Assembly (NCBI GenBank): GCA_963778655.1
Contig: CAVZVA010000003.1
Location: 320,001 to 384,000 of the forward strand
From: an uncultured delta proteobacterium
GTDB taxonomy: Bacteria > Myxococcota_A > Polyangia > Polyangiales > JAFGIB01
Reading direction: 5' to 3'
Length of the DNA: 64,000 bases
Position 1 is the stretch's first letter. Each line of letters starts with the position of its first letter. Both the position numbers and the translations under genes were made by a program. Shown one piece after another: positions 20,157 through 30,343 of the stretch. The notes below the pieces were generated by a model. The model was given only the letters and a program-made list of their open reading frames with translations, was not told the origin of the DNA and made no database searches.

Positions 20157-22024
20157 CTCGAGGATCGATCCCGGGTAATCGAAAGTCTGTCCAGCGTCGG
20201 GCGCTGCGTGGTGGCGGCCGTCGGCGGTGGCGGCCAGATCCGCCAGTGTGGAGCGCCTAACTGCCCGATTTCGCGTTGCCGGCGCCCGGCCCAGTTGTCG
20301 CAGCTGCCGCGGCGCGTGACGGCCCCGCGCATCATTGTTCCCGGTGCGACCACCGCCATCACGCGGCGCGCCACGTTGCGTAAGGCGTTTTTGGCGCCGT
20401 GGCACCCGGGCGTGGAGCAAGCCTGGCTCTACAGCCTGGCGCTGGCGCAGAAGCACACCGGCGTGGCCATCCATCACGCCACACGCGTCATCACCCACAA
20501 CCACCTCACCGTCACGCCCGAGCGCGACAACCTGCCGTGCTTCACTCGGATGTTCCACCACGAGCTCAGCTGCGCGCTCAACACCCTGCTGGCCCAGCAG
20601 CGCTACGACCAGCCCGGCGAGCTGTTCGACGGCCGCGCCACCCACATGATGCGGCTGTGCGATGACGCCGCCCAGAGCACGCAGCTCATCTACGAGTACC
20701 TCAACCCCGTGGCCGCCGGCCTGGTCTCGCGTCCCGAGCACATGCCCGGCTTCGTCTTCGACTTCGAGCTCTGGCTCAAGGGCTACCTCGACGTCCGCCG
20801 CCCCGACTTCTACTTCAGCGACAGCCAGCCGGAGCTGCTGCGGCTGGAAGTGACGCCGCCACCGCTGCTGTACCTGGCCTTCGAGGGCGAGCTGGACAAG
20901 CTCGTGCACGCGATGAAGCGCCTGGCCGAGCACAGCGCGCGCGAGCTGCGCGCGCGGCACAAAGGCGCGCCGCTGGGCGCCCGGGCGATCACGCGGCTGC
21001 ACCCCTGGAGCGAGCCGCGGACGCTGCGGAGAGTCGGGGACGCTCGGTGCCGACGTTCCGCATCGGCGCCGCGGCATCGTGGGGCAGCAGGCGCACATCG
21101 AGGCGGCGCTCGAGACGCGAGGCTTTCGGCATGGCCACGAGCGCGCACGGCTCGCTCGCAAGGGCGGTGACTTCGCACACGAGTTTCCCTACGGGACGTA
21201 CCAGATGCGCGTGCAACATGGCGTGCCGGTGGCCGAGCCCGACTTCGGCACCGGCATCGTCACGCGCCCAGGGCCGACGTTGCGGCAGGTGCAGTGGCTG
21301 CTCGAGCAGCGCCCGGCCCGGGATCACGGGGCTGAGGCCGCTGCCAGCGCTGCAGCACGCTTCGAGCTGATGGACCGCGCGCGCGAGGCGCTGCTGGACG
21401 AGGCCGATGCCATCTGCGAGCACGCCTCCGACGGCATGGACTTCCAGCACCCGCAGCGAGCCCCGACTGCGAGCGTACCGGCCGCGCGGCTCCGCTCTGG
21501 CCAAGGTCGTCGCGAAGGGCACGAACATGGCGACCACGGCGGTGCGCAGCCGACCGTCGAACAGGAAGATGCCGCGGATGGCGGTGCGCCGGTGACCGTC
21601 CGGCACGACCGTGCGCCGGTGATCGTCCGGCATCGCTTCGACAAGCGCAGCACCGTCGGCGGCGACCGCGATGCGCGCCGCATCATCACCCTGCGCGACC
21701 GCCGCCTCGGTCGCCCCCGCACATCGCGCCACGGCACCGATCCACCTGCCTAACCGCAGAGCGCCCTCGCCGGCGTGCGCACCGCGGTCACGGCCCTCGG
21801 GCTGTCTTCGTGCGCCCGCACTGCCGTTTCAGCCGCCCCAATGCCACCAAGGTGGCACCTGTCGCGTCGCGCAGCCCGTCGCCGCCATCCGGGCCAGCTC
21901 TCCGAGGCCTCGTGACAGCGGTCCCCGCGCCCGCCGATGCCCCTCCGACGGCGCGTACCTCGGACCGATCCCCCTGAGGAGGACGGATCCCCCTGAGGAT
22001 CCCCCTGAGGACGGATCCCCCTGA
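20157..22024 (+). mobile_element. RAYT-like Y1 HUH transposase element, copy 1 (ORF 20316-21753, two 1-bp deletions)
   Basis: Same left end CTCGAGGATCGATCCCGGGTAATCG, 159 bp before the GTG start, as in copies 2 and 3. Confidence 0.8.
21967..22024 (+). repeat. Tandem GATCCCCCTGA x4 at the right end of copy 1
   Basis: Read directly from the sequence. Confidence 0.85.
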
Positions 22025-22103
22025 TCAGCGGTGTATTCTCTAGAATACGAAATCTGAAATAAGCCGATGGCGCGACCCGTGCTGGCGTGCCAGCTTGGGT
22101 TGC

Positions 22104-23000
22104 GTGAGCGCACAGACCCGCACGCGGCGGCGCAGCCCGATCGACGTCTTTCGCTACCTCGACTACCGGGCGCTTCTGGCCGACCTCTACCAGGCCAAGA
22201 AGCAGCGCGGCTTCTCGTATCGGGCGTTCTCGCGCGCCGCGGGTCTGGGCGCGCCGAACTATCTGAAGCTGGTGATCGCAGGCCAGCGCAACCTGACCAA
22301 GCCGATGGCCAAGCGCTTCGCCGCGGCCTGCGGGCTGGCTGGCGAGGCCGCCGCGTACTTCGAGCGCCTGGTCGAGTTCAACCAGGCGCGCAGCGCGGCC
22401 AAGCGCAACGCCGCCTACGCCCAGCTCGCCGCGTTCCGGCGCTACCGCCACGCGCAGAAGCTCGAGCTGGCGCAGGCGGCCTATCACGCGCACTGGTACC
22501 TGCCCGCGATCCGCGAGCTGTGCGCGAGCGAGGGCTTTCGCGAAGACCCGCAGTGGCTCGCGGCCGCGCTGCTGCCGCCGATCAAGCCGAGCGAGGCCAG
22601 GCGCGCGATCGAGACGCTGCTCGAGCTCGGCTTGCTCGAGCGCGACGACCGCGGCCGGTTGCGCCAGCACAGCGCGGTGGTGTCCACCGGGCCCGAGACG
22701 CGCAGCATGAACATCCGCAACTACCACGCCGAGATGATGCAGCGCGCCACCGAGGCGATGGAGCTGCTGCCCGCGCCCGAGCGCGACATCTCATCGCTCA
22801 CGGCGATCGTGAGCGCGGACGGCCTGGCGCGGCTCAAGGCGCGCATCCAGGCGCTCCGGCGCGAGTTGATCGAGCTGTGCGAGCACGAGGCAGAGCGCGC
22901 CCAGGTGGTGCAGCTCAATTTCCAGGTCTTTCCCCTGTCGGTTCCGGTGTCGCCGCCCAGGGCGGCGCGAAAACGTGAGCGCGGAGGATCCCATGCGTGA
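22104..23000 (+). CDS. TIGR02147 family protein (DUF4423)
   Basis: VFRYLDYRALL, FSYRAFSRAAG, WYLPAIREL, ERDISSLT, QLNFQVFPLS. Confidence 0.88.
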   Translation: MSAQTRTRRRSPIDVFRYLDYRALLADLYQAKKQRGFSYRAFSRAAGLGAPNYLKLVIAGQRNLTKPMAKRFAAACGLAGEAAAYFERLVEFNQARSAAKRNAAYAQLAAFRRYRHAQKLELAQAAYHAHWYLPAIRELCASEGFREDPQWLAAALLPPIKPSEARRAIETLLELGLLERDDRGRLRQHSAVVSTGPETRSMNIRNYHAEMMQRATEAMELLPAPERDISSLTAIVSADGLARLKARIQALRRELIELCEHEAERAQVVQLNFQVFPLSVPVSPPRAARKRERGGSHA

Positions 23001-24672
23001 CGCGATGCGACGACGGTTCGTTCGCGCCCCTCTGCCGTTCTGGCTGTGCCTCGCGGCGCTGCAGGGCTGCTTCTCGTCCACGGCCCGCTAGACAGCACCG
23101 AGACCGGCAACCCGCCCGTGATCGACACGAAGCGCGTGTCGCTGACCGTGAGCGCGGACGAGGTGCACATCCAGGGCAAGAAGGGCGCGGTGAGCCCGGG
23201 CGGAGCCACAATCGAGATCACCAACCTCGCGACCGGCGAGGTCACCATGGCCAAGGCCGCGGCCGACGGCTCGTTCGACGTGCAGGTCGACGGCTCGCCC
23301 GACGACGCCTTCGTGGTGCGCGCGAGCGCGGGCGGCCAGAGCAGCAGCGCGGTCTACGTGGTGCGCGGCGGCGCCGTGGTCGGCGGCGGCGACGGCGGCT
23401 CGCTCACGTGTGACCAGCGCGAGCAGCTCGCGGGCATGCAGCTCCAGGCGGCGGCCGCGAACGCGGACAAGAGCTGCATGGTCGACACAGACTGCCAGCT
23501 CACGTTCGGGGTGGTCGGTGTTATCACGATTGCGTGCGCGCGGATGTCTCGGGGGCCGGCGCGGGTGCGATCGAAGCGAGCAACAGGGCGATCGATACGG
23601 GACTGTGCGAGATCGACGCCGGCGCGGATTGCCCCGGTTATGGCTTGTCGTGCGCGTCGCTTCCCGCACCAGTATGCGTCGCGGGACAGTGCCAACCTCC
23701 AGGAGGCTCGCAGATGCCGAGCTCGCTCTCCTGCAGTGAGCGCGAGCAGATGGCCGGCAGCGAGATCGCGGCCGCGACCAGCGGCGCAGACACGAGCTGC
23801 ATGGTCGACGGCGATTGCGTGCAAGCCGCGGTGACGGTGAGCTGCCACGACACCTGCGGCTCGTTGGTAGTGTCGAAGGCCGGGCAGGTCGAGCTCGCGG
23901 ACGCCAGCGCGCGCATCGACCGCGACGTGTGCGGCAGCTTCACCGCCGATGGTTGCCAGTACACACTGCTGCCGTGCGTACCGCCAGAGTCCGTCACCCC
24001 GGTCTGCCTGAACAATCGGTGCAACCTCATGCCGACCTGTCGCGGCTGCCTGTCGCAGACGATCGAGTGGGGCGAAGCCCACGGATACGAAGGGTACGAG
24101 TACAGGAGCACGCTTGCCCCCTGCGCCAGCTACACACGCTCGCGCGTGCCCGCATTGGATCAAACATCACGCCGTTGAGCTGCCAAACGGATCTGGTGGC
24201 TTGCGCGAGCGTGGGCGCAGTCGAAACCGCGCTTGCAAATCCCGACGTGCAGCAGGCGCTGGCCGTCAGCAGCCCGATGATGTACGGGAGTCAGGGCATA
24301 GACGTCCCGGTGTTCGAGATCACGCTCGGCTCCCACGTCATCGACGTGGGGGCCTCCTGCGGCATCGGCACGACCTCCTGCACCGAGATTCCCGCGGGCG
24401 TGCAGGCGCTGGTCGACGAGCTGAAGGCCGTGGACCAGGACATGGTGGCGACACCCGCGTGTGAGACCTTGCCGGCCAGCTTGGCCGAAGGCTCGTGTAC
24501 GACGGGCCGTACGCTCACCACGGTGTGCACGGCGTGTGGGCCTGCCGGCGGCTGCCCGTCCATGAATACGGAGTGCGCCAAGGTCTGCAGCGCGAACGGC
24601 GACTGCGCGGGCGACAGCATCGGCCAGTTCTGCAGCGCCCAGCTCGTCTGCGAGCAGGGCGGCTGCATCTGA
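22993..24672 (+). CDS. Cys-rich secreted protein or lipoprotein with an internal repeat (frameshifted)
   Basis: TETGNPP motif; duplicated LxCxxREQxAG...ADxSCMVDxDC module. Confidence 0.6.
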
Positions 24673-24710
24673 GAACCCCTGGCGCGGCGTTGTGTGATCG
24701 CGGCTCAGCA

Positions 24711-24961
24711 CGAGATCCTATCGAGATCGAATCGAGAATCGAGGATCTCTCGAGGATCGAACTCCGGGTAGTCGCAAATCTGTCCAGCGTCGGGCGCTGC
24801 GTGGTGATCGAGGATCGATCCCGGGTAATCGCAAATCTGTCCAGCGTCGGGCGCTGCGTGGTGGCGGCTGTCGGCGCGGTGGCGGCCAGATCCGCGCCCT
24901 CGAGGATCCTCGAGGGATCGAGCTGAGGATCGGCTCGGCGCTGGGCTTCGAGGATCGATCC
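24711..24961 (+). repeat. Iterated partial left-end copies and CGAGGATC motifs
   Basis: Partial left ends at ~24749 and ~24798, plus several short (T)CGAGGATC units before the full end at 24962. Confidence 0.85.
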
Positions 24962-26752
24962 CTCGAGGATCGATCCCGGGTAATCGAAAGTCTGTCCAGC
25001 GTCGGGCGCTGCGTGGTGGCGGCCGTCGGCGGTGGCGGCCAGATCCGCCAGTGTGGAGCGCCTAACTGCCCGATTTCGCGTTGCCGGCGCCCGGCCCAGT
25101 TGTCGCAGCTGCCGCGGCGCGTGACGGCCCCGCGCATCATTGTTCCCGGTGCGACCACCGCCATCACGCGGCGCGCCACGTTGCGTAAGGCGTTTTTGGC
25201 GCCGTGGCACCCGGGCGTGGAGCAAGCCTGGCTCTACAGCCTGGCGCTGGCGCAGAAGCACACCGGCGTGGCCATCCATCACGCCACACGCGTCATCACC
25301 CACAACCACCTCACCGTCACGCCCGAGCGCGACAACCTGCCGTGCTTCACTCGGATGTTCCACCACGAGCTCAGCTGCGCGCTCAACACCCTGCTGGCCC
25401 AGCAGCGCTACGACCAGCCCGGCGAGCTGTTCGACGGCCGCGCCACCCACATGATGCGGCTGTGCGATGACGCCGCCCAGAGCACGCAGCTCATCTACGA
25501 GTACCTCAACCCCGTGGCCGCCGGCCTGGTCTCGCGTCCCGAGCACATGCCCGGCTTCGTCTTCGACTTCGAGCTCTGGCTCAAGGGCTACCTCGACGTC
25601 CGCCGCCCCGACTTCTACTTCAGCGACAGCCAGCCGGAGCTGCTGCGGCTGGAAGTGACGCCGCCACCGCTGCTGTACCTGGCCTTCGAGGGCGAGCTGG
25701 ACAAGCTCGTGCACGCGATGAAGCGCCTGGCCGAGCACAGCGCGCGCGAGCTGCGCGCGCGGCAGAAGCGCGCGCCGCTGGGCGCCCGGGCGATCACGCG
25801 GCTGCACCCCTGGAGCGAGCCGCGGACGCTGCGTGAGAGTCGGGGACGCTCGGTGCCGACGTTCCGCATCGGCGCACGCGGCATCGTGGGGCAGCAGGCG
25901 CACATCGAGGCGGCGCGCGAGACGCGAGGCTTTCGGCATGGCCACGAGCGCGCACGGCTCGCTCGCAAGGGCGGCGATTTCGCACATGAGTTCCCTTACG
26001 GGACGTATCAGATGCGCGTGCAACATGGCGTGCCCGTGGCCGAGCCCGACTTCGGCACCGGCATCGTCACGCGCCCAGGGCCTACGTTGCGGCAGGTGCA
26101 GCGGATGCTCGAGCAGCGCGCGGCCCGGGATCACGGGGGTGAGGCCGCTGCCAGCGCTGCAGCACGCTTCGAGCTGATGGACCGCGCGCGCGAGGCGCTG
26201 CTGGACGAGGCCGATGCCATCTGCGAGCACGCCTCCGACGGCATGGACTTCCAACACCCGCAGCGAGCCCCGACTGCGAGCGCGCCGGACGCCCGGCTCC
26301 GCTCTGGTGAAGGTCGTCGCGAAGGGAACGAACATGGCGACCACGGCGGTGCGCAGGCGACCGTCGAACACGAAGATGCCGCGGATGACGGTGCGCCGGT
26401 GATCGTCCGGCACCGCTTCGACAAGCGCAGCGGCGCCGGTGGCGACCGTGAGGCGCGCCGCATCATCACGCTGCGCGACCGCCGCCGCGGCCGCCCCCGC
26501 ACATCGCGCCACGGTACCGACCCACCTGGCTAACCGCAGAACGCCCTCGCCGGCGTGCGTACCGAGGTGACGGCCCTCGGGCTATCTTCGTGCGCCCGCA
26601 CTGCCGTTTCAGCCGCCCCAATGCCACCAAGCTGGCACCTGTCGCGTCGCGCAGCCCGTCGCCGGCATCCAGGCCAGCTCTCCGAGCCCTCGTGACAGCA
26701 GTCCTGGCGCCCGCAGATGCCCCTCCGACGGCGCGTACCTCGGACGGATCCC
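24962..26752 (+). mobile_element. RAYT-like element, copy 2
   Basis: Shared ends; right end CTCCGACGGCGCGTACCTCGGACGGATCCC. Confidence 0.82.
25121..26533 (+). CDS. Y1 HUH transposase, REP-associated (RAYT-like), 470 aa with C-terminal extension
   Basis: PRIIVPG...ITRR, THNHL (HUH), YEYLNPVAAGLV...PG, FPYGTYQMR. Confidence 0.82.
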   Translation: MTAPRIIVPGATTAITRRATLRKAFLAPWHPGVEQAWLYSLALAQKHTGVAIHHATRVITHNHLTVTPERDNLPCFTRMFHHELSCALNTLLAQQRYDQPGELFDGRATHMMRLCDDAAQSTQLIYEYLNPVAAGLVSRPEHMPGFVFDFELWLKGYLDVRRPDFYFSDSQPELLRLEVTPPPLLYLAFEGELDKLVHAMKRLAEHSARELRARQKRAPLGARAITRLHPWSEPRTLRESRGRSVPTFRIGARGIVGQQAHIEAARETRGFRHGHERARLARKGGDFAHEFPYGTYQMRVQHGVPVAEPDFGTGIVTRPGPTLRQVQRMLEQRAARDHGGEAAASAAARFELMDRAREALLDEADAICEHASDGMDFQHPQRAPTASAPDARLRSGEGRREGNEHGDHGGAQATVEHEDAADDGAPVIVRHRFDKRSGAGGDREARRIITLRDRRRGRPRTSRHGTDPPG

Positions 26753-26762
26753 TCACAATTGC

Positions 26763-27030
26763 ATGAACACTGTCTCAGCGGTCTTCGCATTTGGTGCGGC
26801 GGTACTGTGGTGGTGGAGCGCGCGCGTGAAGACGCCTCGTGAATTCGCGGTTTCATCGGCGAGCCGCTTGGCGGCCGCCCGATGGGCGCAACCTACATCG
26901 GGAACGCCCAAAGCCGGGACTTCGATGCACTCGCGAAGGCCCTTACACAGCAAAAGAAGCTGAGCGCTGCAGCCGCAACAGCGGCCGGTTGCGCTGCGTT
27001 GCTCCAAGCGGCCGTAGCAGTGCTTCGCTG
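26763..27030 (+). CDS. Small membrane hypothetical protein (one frameshift)
   Basis: MNTVSAVFAFGAAVLWWWSARV continues in another frame as DFDALAKALTQQKKLSAAAATAAGCAALLQ. Confidence 0.5.
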
Positions 27031-27121
27031 AGATCACGGTCCGATGCGCCCAGCTACTGGCGCTGGGTGGCGTCCAGCCCCAGAGGCACGACAGTTCCCG
27101 CCCTCCTGCGAGCCCTTCGGA

Positions 27122-28231
27122 CTACTGCGATGCTGGAAAACGACGCTTAGGCGATGTCTGACGATGAGGGAGGCGAAAATCGTCCTCTGGCGCAGACACG
27201 ACCAAAGCGTCAAAGAATCGCGCCGCGTCCGCATCCGTTGCCCCGACAACCATCAGCATGTAACTTCGTCGTCCGACCATCACAAAGCGGCCTCGAATAC
27301 GTACCGTTTGGTTTTCCTCTGTAACCGACGCGATGACCTCCAGGGCCGGCCATCCTTGATGTTTCAGCCGCCGCTCGCTGAGCAACTGAGCACCCGTGTT
27401 CTTCAGCATTCCATCCCGAGTACCCTCGAGGACGCGCTCCACGGTAGCACTCGGATCGATGTGCGCGTCCTCCATGCGCATGAACTGAAGCGCGAAAATT
27501 GCGTGGCCTGTCTCCGCTTGAAACGAGTGCACGACAACTGGTGGTCGACCCGACGGATTCTGATGAATCTCCGAGGATCGTTTCGGCGCGGTGGGAAACT
27601 GCGCACGAAATCGATCGTCATCGGATCTCACGTCGATCCATGCGGCAGGAACCGACGCTGCGCCGACCCTAGGGCTTGGAGGTTGGGCCGATTCTGTCGG
27701 CGCAATACGGCGTGAATCAGAGGGACCCTCTCCGTGTGGGTCGGGCGAACTTGGTTCGCACCCAATGATGACACCGGTTGCTGGCGCGCCTGGCTTGCAA
27801 ACCTCGCTGAGGTTCAGTCTGATCATGACTCGCTCATTGCCTGTGCGGGTGAGCTCACGCTCAAGGTCGGCCCGCGTGATGGGGCAAGACAAGCTCGTCT
27901 CGACCACTGCTTGTCCACGCGTGCAGCGTAGAGAGAGCACGCTGATTGATCGCCGCGGATCAAATGCGGTGTACTCGGCACTCCCCTGGTACTCACACAT
28001 CCAGCCAGCCCCAAGGTCGGAGAACCGTTGGCCCTTTGTCACCAACTCGGTTCTGGTCCCGGTCGCGTCTCCCGGTCTCCAAATTTCGACGAAGATGCTG
28101 TAGTCCCGCCGGTAAGGACTGTCAGCCCTCACAGCGGACGATAGCACCAGTGCAAACAACGCGACCACAAGGTGAAAGGTTGCTCGTTGGATCACGGTAT
28201 CTCCTTCGTCCAGGCTGATGCCTCGCCGCAA
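27122..28231 (-). CDS. Hypothetical secreted protein
   Basis: 369-aa ORF with a signal-like N-terminus; FRAQFP...FFDAL C-terminal domain. Confidence 0.55.
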   Translation of the reverse strand: MRRGISLDEGDTVIQRATFHLVVALFALVLSSAVRADSPYRRDYSIFVEIWRPGDATGTRTELVTKGQRFSDLGAGWMCEYQGSAEYTAFDPRRSISVLSLRCTRGQAVVETSLSCPITRADLERELTRTGNERVMIRLNLSEVCKPGAPATGVIIGCEPSSPDPHGEGPSDSRRIAPTESAQPPSPRVGAASVPAAWIDVRSDDDRFRAQFPTAPKRSSEIHQNPSGRPPVVVHSFQAETGHAIFALQFMRMEDAHIDPSATVERVLEGTRDGMLKNTGAQLLSERRLKHQGWPALEVIASVTEENQTVRIRGRFVMVGRRSYMLMVVGATDADAARFFDALVVSAPEDDFRLPHRQTSPKRRFPASQ

Positions 28232-28243
28232 GTCGGTGGCGTT

Positions 28244-28840
28244 TCAACTGCGAAGGCCCTCCTCGGCTCGCCGGCCGAACGTTCTGTTTCCAAGACGTAC
28301 AAGGTCTTGGTGAGCATCGACAATTGCCTGCGCGCCTTCATGCAGTGCCTTGACCACCCGCACGAAGCGCTCGGGTTGTTCCTCCTCCCACTCGGGAGGC
28401 ACGGTTTGTCGGCCGCGTTCCGTCTGAAATGTTTCCTGGGCGATCAACCCGAGGTAATCCACTGCCGCCGCGTGGAGTTTCCTTCTTGCGGCTTCAAGGT
28501 GATGATCCAGAAATTCGTGCTCGGCATCTTCCCAGTCGCGGCGAAATTGAACGAGGTCGCGCAGCTCGTCGAAATCGAATGACCATCCAGCCATGTTGAA
28601 GTCGCGGACGAATCGGATGGCGCCTGAAGACGGCAAGGCGTGCAGAAAGCGCTGGAAGAGTTGGCGGTCGTGCTCGACGCGCGGAGAGCTGTCGGCGTGA
28701 ACTTCTTGCGCGACCATGGTCGCGAGAAGGCTGATCATCGCGATAGCGGGTTCCCAATCCCACGAGGTTCGCGCGAACCAAATCGTTGCGAGAACGAGCA
28801 TCGCGAGGTTGGCCAGGCGCAGGAGAAGTTTTGCCGTCAT
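28244..28840 (-). CDS. Hypothetical protein with two N-terminal TM segments
   Basis: Globular composition; WDWEP motif between hydrophobic helices. Confidence 0.65.
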   Translation of the reverse strand: MTAKLLLRLANLAMLVLATIWFARTSWDWEPAIAMISLLATMVAQEVHADSSPRVEHDRQLFQRFLHALPSSGAIRFVRDFNMAGWSFDFDELRDLVQFRRDWEDAEHEFLDHHLEAARRKLHAAAVDYLGLIAQETFQTERGRQTVPPEWEEEQPERFVRVVKALHEGAQAIVDAHQDLVRLGNRTFGRRAEEGLRS

Positions 28841-28891
28841 GTTCTGTGCGCCCGGCGGACCGGACTTCGGTCTGCGGGATCCACGGGGTCG

Positions 28892-29275
28892 TTACTGTGG
28901 CACTTCGTCGGGAGCCATTTCGCGGCAATCGCTTTGATATGGCGGCGGTCCCCAAGCACCCCTCCCATCGTGGTCCGCGCGGCATTCCTCCGCCGTCACG
29001 AAACAGGACGTTGTTCTGTCGGTAGGCGACCAGCCGCCCACGTCGACAGCCGAACGGGTATAGCAGTGACTCTTCAGGCGCTGGAAACACCCCCCGGGTC
29101 GAGCGCCGCAATACTCGTCCGTGACGTAGCAATCGCGAAGGCCCGCTGGGCCAGGGGGAGGTTCGCGCATGCAGTAGAATGCCGCTTGCGTGACTCCGAA
29201 GTGGCCACACGAACCGCAGCCCGTAAGCAGAACGCACACGGCGGCGAGCGCAGATCGCATCGCGTGATTCAGCAC
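28892..29275 (-). CDS. Cys-rich putative lipoprotein
   Basis: LLTGC lipobox and multiple Cys. Confidence 0.5.
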   Translation of the reverse strand: MLNHAMRSALAAVCVLLTGCGSCGHFGVTQAAFYCMREPPPGPAGLRDCYVTDEYCGARPGGCFQRLKSHCYTRSAVDVGGWSPTDRTTSCFVTAEECRADHDGRGAWGPPPYQSDCREMAPDEVPQ

Positions 29276-29653
29276 CAGGGCAATAGTGCGACATCACCCC
29301 CGCAGATGACCAGATACAACGGTGGGCAGGGGGCGGTAGGTACCACAAACGCACCCCGGCCTCCCGACCCAGCGCAGCGGATTCCGGATCAGTGCGGCGG
29401 CGCCCTGAGCTTCCCAGCGCGGCGGGGACCACACAGCGCGGCGCGCCTCGGACCTCCCGGCCCTGCGGGTCGAGCCGCCTCTGCTTTCTCGGTCTCCCGC
29501 GGGGAACCCTCCGAGAAAGCGGGGGCTCATCCGAGGAGCGCCGCGTGGCCCGCGCCAGACGAACGAGCCGGCAACGGAACACCGGCTCAACAAGGAGAAT
29601 GACGATGACTGCGCTGTGCATGTCAACACCCCGCCGGTCGCTAGCAATGCCTC

Positions 29654-30343
29654 ATGGACACCAAACCTACAGGGGCATGGGTGCTCCCTGCCCCGCTCGC
29701 GCCGCTTGCGAGCCGTGCAGAGGCCGGCACAATCTCTCACGTTAGAGCGCCGTTGGAGCTCCACGCGACCATCAGACCGGGCCTGTGTTCGTGCATGCGA
29801 AGCCACATCGATGAAGCGTGTCGCGGGCTCCGCGAAGACCTCCGTGCTAGGAGAACGCAGGAGTCGCGGTTCCGAGAGCTCGGAGAAGACATGGGACTCA
29901 GCGCGATCTACCTGTCCGGTTGCGAGTACAACAGGCTCCTCCACCAAGATCCGACCGTGCCCCAAACTTCGTTCATCCCGGCGGAGCCGCTGTGGAAAAG
30001 TACTTCGCAGTTCTGGCTCTTCGAGCACGTTTATTGCACCAAGGAATCGGTTGACTGCGAGCGAGCCTTTGCCGATGAAATGGGCTTCGCAAGCTCGCGC
30101 ATTGTAGTCGAGCTCGTCAACGAGGACATCATCAAGCCATTCGATCTGGCTTCCATGCGCGTCGGGTCCCGAACTCACGAAGCCTTCACCGATGCGCACC
30201 GGGGCCTGCGCGGCGAGTACAACGAACAGACCCTCCGCGCCGCAATCCGGAGCGGCGATACAGCGACCCTTGACAATGTGAAGCTCCGCTTGCTCCGTCC
30301 AATCCAGGACTCGCTGGGTTGCTCGAGGATCGATCCCGGGTAA
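29654..30343 (+). pseudogene. Hypothetical protein truncated by RAYT-like copy 3
   Basis: ORF runs into the element's left end at 30322 and stops inside it. Confidence 0.6.

Noticed and set aside
24711..24975. Repeat cluster as CRISPR
   Set aside because: Irregular spacing; units are copies of the adjacent element end.
25121..26533. HNH nuclease or TnpB/IscB, because of the literal H-N-H sequence
   Set aside because: THNHL is the HUH motif of a Y1 transposase; no RuvC or zinc-finger motifs.
26753..30321. Integron cassette array
   Set aside because: No convincing attC (RYYYAAC...GTTRRRY) pairs found by eye, mixed orientation, no IntI.
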